A stretch of DNA of 64,000 nt from Diplonema japonicum (taxonomy: Eukaryota > Protista > Euglenozoa: Diplonemea). Positions within the stretch are counted from its first letter, which is position 1. Every line of letters begins with the position of its first letter. The notes under the pieces were generated by a model that did no database searches, was not told where the DNA came from, and was given only the letters and a program-made list of their open reading frames with translations. The DNA lies in contig OZ025728.1 in the NCBI GenBank assembly GCA_964019335.1, positions 248,001 to 312,000 of the forward strand. The letters run 5' to 3'. Made by a program: the position numbers and the translations under genes. Positions 10,740-21,200 of the stretch are shown here, in pieces.

Positions 10740-13700
10740 AGGGCCTCCCACGTCCGCCGGGTTGAGCAGAGGATGCCCCGGGGCGGCCGTTCCAGTCTGA
10801 TCATGTCGCACTATAATATGCTCTCATCTCCAAGGAGAAAAGAGGTTTTTTGCCCTCGTAGCTCGCCGGGCCAGCACTCTTACTTGCGTAAGGTCTTCGT
10901 GGTTCTTGGGGGGTGGCGCTGTCCCACATTATGCCACTGCAGCGTGGTGAAGAACAGCCAGTTAGTGGCCACGAAGTAGTGATCCTTCAAGGCTCTCATA
11001 TCTCCGTGCCGCGTGAACTGCTGCCGTCTCTCGACGTCCCCCTTCGCCTTCCAGCCTTCCGAGTCATACCTGGCCATGATCCACGTCTTGTCAAAGTCCA
11101 GGATGAGGGCGAACCGGACAAACTTCATGTGAATCCCGAGTTCCTTCGCGGTTTTAGGCTCTTCGCCAAGCACGTGTTTGCAGACCCGTATCATGGCTTC
11201 TGGCGTCCACTCCCCTTCCGCTTCGACGATCCCGGCCGTCGCCAGTTTCGTGTGGGAGAGCTTATCTTCCAGACCCGCTCGATGTTCTTCAGCCAGGGCG
11301 TGAACGGCGGCCTTGCCCGACCGTCGGTTCGCCCTGAGGAGGTCCAAGCGGTCTTTCTTCTTTGCGGGCTCCGCTTGTCCGTCGCACAACTGCCCGCGCT
11401 TCGCGCTCTTGGACCGCCATTTGACGAGCAGAGGTGGCTCTGGTGCACGATCTGTGCTGGTCCTTACCAGCTTGGTGTCGTGGCCAAGGTACACGTCCGG
11501 GCATGCGCCTCCCTTTCGCTTCTTCTTGTGGTGGCTTGCGAGGGGCGGGGCCGGGGCTGGGGCTGAGTGTGGGGCCAGGGCTTCGTCGCCGTCGTGGGTA
11601 GTGAGGCATGCCAGTTCCAGCTCCTCCGTCCGTGGCGCAGGTTCCGCCGTTTCCGATGGCGGGGTCGAGGTCGGGGCAGAGACTTTGTCGCCGTCGTCGC
11701 CAGTCAGGTCTATGACCAGGGGGTCGTCGTCTGTTTGCGTCGACTCTGTGGGTGGTGGCTCCAGCATGTACATGTCCCCCTGTGGGGGAGGAGGAGGTTC
11801 CGTCGCAGCAGTCAAATCCGCGGGTGGCTCCAGCATGTTCATGTCTCTGCTGTGCTGTGTCAGCTCCGGCATGTACAGGTCGTCTGTAGCCGACAGACCG
11901 GCCAGGGGTGAGAATCGTTCTGGGGTGCGAGGGAAGCACGCGGTCGTTGCGCTGTGTGCGCGTCTCGGTTGTGATCCGGGGCTTGACGTGCGACCTCTCG
12001 TGATGCCCACGACCTCGTTGGTGCCCCGGTACATCGGTCCACAGCAGACTCTGATGGACAGTCGTCGTTGTCCGCGTAAAAGAAGAAGAAGCAGAAAAAG
12101 AAGGAGGAGAAGTAGAAGTGCCCCGTCCTGACGCAGTCCTGCTACTGCTTTGCATCTGTCGTTGCGACATCGTCGTCAGAGCTAATTGCACCCAGGGCTC
12201 CGCTGTCGTCAAGAGGGGTGGTGGGGCGACCGCCTCCGTTGAGGGCTCGGGTTGCACCCATGTCGTCCATCCATGCTGCCCCAGAGGTTCAGACAGGTCC
12301 ATCTGCACGGGGACTGGGTCTGTTACGGGGAGGGCATCAACTTCGGGTAACGGGTCCGAGGCGAGGACCGGGTCAGACGCGGGGACCGGGTCTCTGGTGG
12401 AGGCTGCGCCTGATGTAGGAACCGGGTCTGCGGAGGGGATCGGACTAGAAGCGTGGACCGGGCCTCTGGTGGGGACTGCGTCCGTGACAGAGATCGGGCC
12501 AGGCGAACTGACTAGGTCCGTGGCGTAGACTGGGCCAGTTGTGGGCACTGGGTCGTCATGGACTATCGAGACCGGGCCAGATGCGGGGACCGGATCCGTG
12601 ACGGGGACCGGGTCAGCGATCGGGCTATTTGCGGGGACCGGGTCAGCGACTGGGCTGGCTGCGGGGACCGGGTCTGTGATGGGGGCCGTGTCTCCAACCG
12701 GGTTGGTTGTGGGGGCCGGGTCCGTGACAGGGACCGGGTTAGCTGCGGGGACCGGGTCAGCGACTGGGCTGGTTGCGGGGACTGGATCTGTGGCAGGGGC
12801 CGTGTCTGCGACCGGGTTAGCCGTGGAGACCGGGTCTGTGGTGCGGACCGGGTCAGCGACTGGGTTACTTGCAGGGACCGGGTCAACGACTAAGCTGGTT
12901 TCGGGGATCGCGTCTGTGATGTGGGTCGTGTCTGCGACCGGGTCAGCGACTGGGCTGGTTGTGGGGACCGGGTCTGCGACGGGGGCCGTGTCTGTGACTG
13001 GGTTAGCTCGGGTCGGGTCCGTGACGAGGGCCGGGTCCGTGATCGGGCTAGCTGCGGTAACTGGGTCTGTGATGAGGACCGGGTCAGCGATTGGGCTAGT
13101 CGCGGGGACCGGGTTCGTGACGGGGGCCGTGTTCGCGACCGGTTTAGTCGCGGGGACCGAGTCCGCGACCGGATTAGCCGTTGGGGCCGGGTCCGTGACG
13201 GAGACCGGGCCAGATGTATGGACCGGGTCTGCAACGGGGGTCGGGTCAATGCTGTGGACCGGATTAGCGTCTGAGTCCGGACCAGGTGAAGGGACCGGGT
13301 CATCATTGGGGGTGAGGCTAGCTGCAGGGGTCTGGCTCAAACAGGGGCCTGAAACCGGTGGCATTACCTCGTCCTGCGCTCCCTTGATGCAAGCGTGGAC
13401 GTCGAACGCTTTTGGTCTGCCGCCGTTTTGCTCCCTTAAGGTCCTTGCTCTGGCCCAGCTTTCTTCGGTGATACCCAGGATGTTCTGTTCGTCATACATA
13501 CGTAGGACCTGCCTCAGTCCATTGACACGGTGTTCTTCCTCGTCTGTGTCCATCACGGTGTACCACGACCTGCCGGTTTTGATGGCTGTAGTCCAGTGGC
13601 CCGTCCTGGAGCCTTTCGGCGGGCCGATTACCAGAACTGGGTACCGTCCGCTCTTGACCACGCTCTGCAGCGAGGCCTCTTCGCCAAGGATCTTTTGGCA

Positions 13701-16672
13701 GGCAAGGGACAGGGTATCTTGGGAGAAGTCGCCTTTCTCGTTCGGCTGGTACTCCTTCGCATGCCCCTCGGTGTGCAGGGCGAGCTCCGAGGTACAGAGG
13801 TGGTGTTGGATTGTCTGCATCTCTGCGAACGGCATGCGTGCCAGCTCTGCGTAGTCTGCGATCCAGTTCACCACGGCCCAACCACACTCGAGGCCTACGC
13901 GTCCTTCGCCACTTTCCTGGTGTAGCGACGTGGGGTATTCCGATGTAGGTGTCTCCATTGGTGTCGTTTCCGTTGAGGGCGGCTGTTGTGGAGGTGGTTC
14001 CTTTTGCGAGCTCGTGTCAGCGGTGGAGGTGGACTCTTGTGTTGTCTGCGTCGGTTCGGAGGGGAGGGCTGTGCTCTTTCGGGGGTCCTTACGTCCCACA
14101 TACGCGAGATCCGGGTAGCATTCGTCAAGTTCGCGGCCTGCTCTGTAGTTCTTCCCTGCTTCGGTAAAGAAACTTTGGAGCTCCCCTTTCTCCCAGCCGT
14201 AGTTCTTGTTGACGCGCTCACAAAGGAACTCGTGGAATGCTCGGTTCAGGAGTTTGTGCTCGTGACCTCGATCGCGCAAACTGAAGTATGTCTTTGCAAT
14301 TTGCCTCTTGAAGTCCGGTGAGCTGTTGGTGAGGCAAAGCGCTTGCTGCATCATGCCCTTCAGGATACCTGGGCCTTGTGTTGAGGGAGCTGCTGTGTGC
14401 CCGTGTGTGAAACGCGTGGGCTTGAACTTCCAGTTCGCAGCCTTGTCATAGACTGACAAGCGTACCCAGTTGTTTTTCGGCGTTTCGTGCCGTTCGGTCC
14501 TGATCCGCATGCCGATGAACGGAACGTCGTCGTCGTTGTCCGACGTCTTGGCGTAGGACATCCCGTACAGCTCTTCGGGTGGGGGGGTCCGGGGCCCATC
14601 GGTATGCCCCGCACCTGGCGCAGAGCACGGCCGCCTTGCTCGACGTACGCGTTGTTAACGACGAATTCGACTAGTTCCTCCACCATCGAGAGGGAGTACA
14701 CTTTGTCGTCGTCTTCTGCATCCGCGAAGCTACTTCCGCTCTTGTTTATCACCAGCTCCTTCCCGGCGTGCTCGAAGGCTTCGCGGATTGCTCTGCCCAG
14801 GCCCTTTCGAAGGAGTCCCTGGTCCAGGTTGGAGTACATCGTTTTAAAGTCGTAGGTGGCGGGGACCTTCGACTTGAAAAACGTGTACCGCTGCTTGATC
14901 TCAGCCGCGACCTGCTCAGCTGATTCCACGATCCAGAAGCGGCGTACTCCGCTGAGGCCCGGATTCACCTCCTTGCTTCGGAACTCCAGGTCCTTCTCGT
15001 GCAGGGTGCGTTGTACAGCTTTTAGGAGGCTCGAGAGCTCTTTGTGCGCTCCTGTCATCGCTGCAACCGGTCTTGCTGCGTTCGTTGGGGCGGCGGCCTT
15101 GAAGGCGTCGTCGCGCTCGCCGTCGGAACCTGCAGCTAGCAGTCGTTCCATTATGGACTGCGTTGATTGTGCTTGTGGGTTGGTGCCTTCCTCCGTCGCT
15201 GCACGAGCGCAGAATCTTGATTTCCCGGGACGCTCCGGCTAGGGTTGAGCACACCCGACGCGCTCACGAGCTCCGAAAGCCTGGAACAAGACTTGGTCGG
15301 CTTCGTAAACCTTCAACGTTCCTACGGGCTCTACACACCAAAGCAGAGGCTACTCTGAACAAAGAGCTCCAGCAGCCCGTTTTTGATCCTAAGGTCCCCG
15401 AGCAGCTTAAATCAAAGCTAAAAGAGTTGCAGAAGGCTTTCGTGTTCTTGCCAGTCGACAAAAGCGTCCACGACATCGGCATGGTCTGCAAGACACACTA
15501 CCTACAACTGCTCCACGCCCAGCTCGACCGGCGAGTGTTTTGCAGAGGTACAAGAAGGGTAGGATACCGCCCACCATCTCTCTCGACGATGACGGAGAGG
15601 TACAGATCTCCAACAACGGCCACTATCAAGCAGTTGCTAGGAAGATCATGCACCTCCTGAACCACGAGGACCTGGCGACATACTCGTACGAACGCTGGCT
15701 TCCAAAGACCGTGGTACGGTACCTCAGTTTTGTGCGACGATACATAACAGGCAAATTCTACACAGAACGAGTCCAATTGCTGGAGAAAGGCCTCTCGCAC
15801 CGTCTAAGCCCCTCGGAACTGCAGAAGGTCAAGAAACCCGCAGACAACACAATCTGGTTCAAGACGGTGTTCGACCACAAGGGTAAGCAGAAGATTCCAT
15901 GGCACAAGATCTTCGGCGACCCAGCAGTCCGCACGGCATGCCCAAACCCGAAGATCTTGGACAGAGTTAGGGTTTGCAATCGACTTGGGAAGACAGTACG
16001 CTCCGCGGTGTGCAATGTCAGCCAGGTCAGCCTCGCTGGCATAAGACCGAAAACGAGCGATGTTGACCCATGCCCTTGCGCCAAGTGGAACTCCTCGCAC
16101 CAGCACGAAGGACACACATGCGGTATCGCCTCGGAGCTGACAGACGACGAGCAACTGCTGAAGATCCTAAGCATGGGTATGAAGTTCCGCCTGTCAGTCG
16201 ACGCGCTCACGAGCTCCGAAAACCTGGAACAAGACTTGGTCGCTTCGTAAACCTTCACTTCAAGAAAGCCCTCGCGTCTGAAAGATTGACGTTCCTACGG
16301 GCTCTACACACCAAAGCAGAGGCTACTCTGAACAAAGAGCTCCAGCAGCCCGTTTTTGATCCTAAGGTCCCCGAGCAGCTTAAATCAAAGCTAAAAGAGT
16401 TGCAGTTCTTGCCAGTCGACAAAAGCGTCCACGACATCGGCATGGTCTGCAAGGCACACTACCTACAACTGCTCCACGCCCAGCTCGACGGCGAGTGTTT
16501 TGCAGAGGTACAAGACATGGAGAACACAAGGCATAGCATCACAGAAGAGACTGAATCGTTCGGCATCAAGATCAAGTCGACGAAGATGCCATACCTTTAC
16601 GGGGCCATCAAGTTACACAAAGAACAAGTAGGCTTCCGGTGGATTTCTGGCGTGTCGTCCCGAGACCCCCCT
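10740..16672 (-). mobile_element. Penelope-like retroelement (Naiad/Chlamys-type RT) with Josephin-like domain; rearranged and defective
   Basis: Motifs on the + strand: CPC...HEGH...MGMKFR, FVFLPVDKS...VCKxHY, PYLYGAIKLHK...RWISG. Motifs on the - strand: FWIVES, TYDFKTMYSNL, RQVRGIPMG, FIGMRI, VYDK. No YxDD segment. Left boundary approximate. Confidence 0.85.
12320..13300 (-). repeat. Degenerate 18-bp coding tandem repeat (PVTDPV/PVADPV) in the PLE ORF
   Basis: Recurrent ggggaccgggtc units; Pro/Thr/Asp/Val-rich translation. Confidence 0.9.
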
Positions 16673-16808
16673 CAGTTTGCTGCCTGTTCGTCACCCTGAG
16701 CATCTGCTTCTCCCACTTGGGCGCTACCGGTGATGACCGACGAGGACAACAGCGAACAAACACATCTGATGTACCTCTTTATATTTCCATGTTATCCCCA
16801 CCACCTGA
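16673..16808 (-). mobile_element. Half of a SINE/SIDER-like copy (adjoining part inverted at 15202-15250)
   Basis: Matches 3343-3458 and 25795-25919. Confidence 0.8.
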
Positions 16809-17448
16809 AGAAAAGAAGCAAGAAGAAATCCAAATAGAGAAATGAATAAAAAAAAGGGGGAAGAAAGAGGTCGGTTGGAATTAGGAGCAATTTTTTTTTT
16901 TTTTTAAATTCCAATTAATTAACTAGAAGGCGGAGATAAATGAGAGAGCAGCTGAGAGGTGGAGAAGAGGACAAGCAGGTGCTTAGGATTAAGAATCATG
17001 GTTTTTCTTTTTCTTTTTTCTTTTTCTTCTTATCTGATGAGAAGGAGTGCCAGTCTTGTCATAGATTTGATGATCCCTCCCCCCCCCAGGGATCATCAGT
17101 TACGCTTGTTGCACTTTTACACTTATTCCCCCCCCCCCGTTATAATTATTTAAATTTTAATGTTATTAGGATATTCTTTCTTTACACTAAAGAGAAAAAA
17201 TCGGCTGATTGTTTGTGCAAGCTGCCTTTACTCTTTTTTGCAATAACAATTCTTTTCAAAAAGAATTGTTTACTTGTTCCAGCAAAAAAAAAAAAAAGAG
17301 AGAGAGAGAGGGGAAAAAAAATAAAAACCACAAAGATTTTCTTTTTATTTTTTTTTTTTCCACCCTCCATCTCTTCCTTAGTTTCTTCCCCTTAGCTTCG
17401 CACGGGTGGGTCCATTTTATTCAAATCAAAAAAAAAAGAAAGAAAAAC

Positions 17449-17494
17449 TCGATAAAATTTCAGTGTGCATGGGGGCGCTTACTGTTCAGGTAGG
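17449..17494 (-). mobile_element. ~46-bp LINE 3'-end fragment
   Basis: tcgataaaatttcagtgtgcatgggggcgcttactgttca matches the element end at 51701-51739 and lies between A runs. Confidence 0.75.
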
Positions 17495-17528
<34 letters not shown>

Positions 17529-17781
17529 GGCAATCGGCGAGTTTTTTACTCCCAAAATTATCATCCTCATGGATAGTCCTTCGGCAAAGTGGATGCTACT
17601 TCTCATCTTTCTTTTAAAAGATTGAAATTGAAGGTAAGAAGGATCCACCAAAAGAGAAAACAGAAAGAAGCAAGAAGCAAGGATGAGTACCACCCGCACA
17701 CCGAAAACTTATAAAACCTTCTTTCTGTCTTCCATAGAATGAAGATCAACAAGAATTCTATTCTTTCGTAACTAGTCAGGT

Positions 17782-17842
17782 CGGGTTGGGCCGAGGATGC
17801 CCCGGGGCGGCTGTTCCGTCTGATCATGTGGCACTATAATAT
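17782..17842. repeat. ~60-bp direct repeat of 10758-10819
   Basis: cgggttg...gaggatgccccggggcggc.gttcc(a)gtctgatcatgt.gcactataatat at both sites. Confidence 0.8.
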
Positions 17843-18256
17843 AATCTTACTGGCGCTCTTCCGTGCAAGAATATGGTGGGGTAACACTTAAACAATGCCT
17901 TTGCACAAAATTAAAGTTATCTAGCACTTCGTCCTTTAATGGTTAAGAAATAAAGAAAAAGATTGTAAAGGGGTGAACGCAGGGGCAAGTGAACAAAGTA
18001 AGCAACTCTTCAGAAAGAATCCTTTTTTTTTTTTTTTTGCGAATAACAATGGACCCACCCATGCGAAGCTAAGGGAAACTAAAGGGAGGAGGATATCGGG
18101 GTGCACGGCGGAGTGAACAAGGGACGGGAAAGGTTTTTTTTTAATTTACTTTTGTTCCCTTCAGGTTAACTGGGCTATTTTTTCTTCTCTTTTTAAGGGA
18201 TTGTTGGGGTTCATGGTATTTCTTCATTCTTTCTTTTCTTTCTATTTGTTTACACT

Positions 18257-21200
18257 TCATTTGTTTTCTTCCTGCTGCCTTTGGTAGAGGTTGACTTCTT
18301 CGTTCAGCAGCAGCAGGCAATCCTTCATGCAACCTACCTGGGGTTCGTCCTCAGGAACAAGCTGCAAGCGTCGGCGTCTGAATGCAGTGCATTCATGACA
18401 TGCGACCTTCGCGACCATCACGATGTTGGTATCAGTGAGCCGCTTGATCAAGTGCAACCCCTGACACGAATTCTTCCAGCCCCAGTAGTAAACGTTCCTT
18501 CCAGCGATGGCAACAAGGCTGTCGCCGATTAACTGAACTGTGTCTATAAAGTCTGCCTTCAGAAGATCATTCATATCCGCCACGAGTTTCGGTTGTCTAT
18601 AACCCTCTACCCATGCCTCGTGTGAGCCCCAACGTATGGTGTCAGAGTTAAATCCATGTTTTGCAGGGGACACAAAGGTGTAATTGTGCAGCAGCTGATC
18701 GCAGTTCAGGGTATTCTGGTTCTCTTTACTGGAACGAGGACCCTTGAGCATTTTAGGGGCGGGCGTTCGCGTAATTTCCGGCGGATCCGTATCCACCAAC
18801 TCAATCATCTTGGTGCCTACATCTACTGTTCTATACCATTTTTCTTCCCCTTCTTCTTCTTTTTCTTTTCCGCCAGACCTCACCTTGAACACTTCTTTAC
18901 GGCGGTCCCATTTGATCTCAGCTAAGCTCATGTCCACTGGTTCCTTGAGACGCTTCACAGTGTTCCTCCACCTGCAGTACGTGACAACATCTATCTTGGT
19001 GTCCCCACACCGCACCAACATCCCCACCTTGCCGTTACCCGAGACAGCTATCTCACACACAGGGCCACCCAGGACTAATTCTCTCTTTGGGGGCTCCATT
19101 GCCACCAACAAGTCACCCTCAAGGTGGTAGTACGCATGTACCGCAGAAGCGTAAACATTGAGAAGCTTCAACCTCCTGTTCCTTAATCGTCCCATATTTC
19201 CGTCAAAAAAGATCGTTGTGCACAGACGCACTGCCTTGTCTTCCTTCAGTATCCAGTTGCTGCCGTCTTTGTCCCCTCCCGGCACGAGCAGCATGTCGCC
19301 ACACACCACATGTCGCAGTGGTCCTTCCTCGCTTGCGGGGATCGTGAAACGATACTTTTCTTCAAGAACGATGTACGGTAAAGTTGCACTACGCACTTCA
19401 CTGTACACAACGCATTCCCACGACAGTCGATCTGCACTCCTGTTCAAAGCAAGGTACCTGTCCACCCCAACTGGTGTGAGCCCCTCCACAACTGGTGCTA
19501 ACTCCATGCACTTATCCTTCAAACTCACCCCTTCATCATTGTTCACTAACACACGATTCTCCTTGACAGTGTCCAGGCAGAGCAGCCATTCGCATATTTT
19601 ATGCCCCTTCTCCCCTTCCTCCCCATCTTGAGCCCCTGTCGTATCCTTCACGCTCCCCCCTTCACCTCGATTCACACACCACACTTTACTGTCGTCTGCA
19701 ATGAACATAAGCCTCATCGGCGAGCTCACCACCTTCACAGAAATCTCCTCCTGTTGACACTCAGCGATCGCCACAGCTCCGTCCATTTCGTAAGCAACGA
19801 CAAGAACACATTGTTCCCCCCTTTGCACTATCTTGCTCAGGATCTTCATTGTCTTCAGGTTCATAATCGTTTCCGGCAGTTGTACTTCCCTCCCACCGAA
19901 CACCACCTTGTCCGCATACACCTCTGCAATAATATCCTTGCCGTTGTCAGTGAAGGCCGCAAATGAAAGGAGGCCCTCCTTCAGGGAACTTTTGATACTT
20001 TCCTTGTCGTCGTGCAGGTAGGTATGAACGAAGTCTGTTCCTTTCATCTCCACATCAGTAAAGACTATCCTATCAAAGGTGCTGTCCTCAAGGCACTCCC
20101 CCGGTATTTGGATCCCTCTGTAGTTCATCTCAGCAAAGCTTTCGTTCGCAGCCGACAGGATCGTGATCGCCACGGCTGCAGGAGCACTGCACCACTGCAG
20201 CTTCGATAGCTCCAGCAGCGAGAGCAGTGCGTCCCTGAAACAGATGAGCTGCTTCTTCTCAGAGTACTTCTCGTACAATACCTTCTTCGCCAAGTAGCGC
20301 CTCAGCACACCACGGAAGTTCGTCAAATCTCCCATCAGCACATCCCATGTTTCCTCCCTCGCGCACGCCGCCTTGCACGCCATCACCAGGTACTCAGAGG
20401 CCTCATCCTCGGTGAGGTCAGGGTTTTCCTCTCTGACCTTCATCATTTTTTCTTTCTTCTTATTGAAGTACTCCCATATGAGATCGCCGTTCAGATTGGC
20501 TTCGCAGACGTCCGAAAAAGCAATCACAAAGAACTTCGTACAGTTAGGGTTCAGAGGGAACCTCATCAGCTTGTCGTGGACAGCAATGGCGGTGAAGAGC
20601 TCCTGCAGCCACTCGGAGCTGAAGCTAAACACCCTCTTCTTGCTACGGTAGTCGCTCGAGACCTCCACCGGAGAGGCCGCAAACAGGTCCCGCACCAGCT
20701 GCCGGTCCGGCTTGTCGACATCGTGCCCTGTGTGCTGTGCCTTGTACCTGTCCTCGTAAGGTGCCTGCCTCGCGTGGTCCCGTGTCATGTCAAGTGCGAG
20801 GCGCGAGTTGTAGTCCACCAGAAGCTTCACGAGTTTCTCGTCGCTGATGGAGGGGTGCTTTGTACTCAGTGACCTCAACTGCAGCCGGAGGTACTCCTCA
20901 AGGCAGGTCCTCAAGAAGGCCATGTTCATCTCTTCGTTTCGATGGTAGACGAACCGCGCATCCTGTTCATCTACCTTCATGCCATCATACAGCTTATGAA
21001 GGAGAGCAGACTCCTTGTTGCTTTCAACCTCTTTCATAATATGCTTCACCAGCCCACACATCACCTCCTTGTGTGATGCTTCCTCCCCCACTCCGCTTTC
21101 TGGTACCATCTCCTTCAACATCGTTTTCATCAGAAGCTTAGCTTCGTCAGAACTGGGGTTGGTTGTGAGTATGTCTCCGTTAATCCGGATTCTGCTATCA

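Noticed and set aside
12541-13854. 437-aa antisense ORF and other plus-strand ORFs opposite genes
   Set aside because: Shadow frames of GC-rich or repetitive coding sequence; no independent motifs.
17034-17099. CTGATGA motifs as PLE-associated hammerhead ribozymes
   Set aside because: No GAAA after a stem II on either strand.
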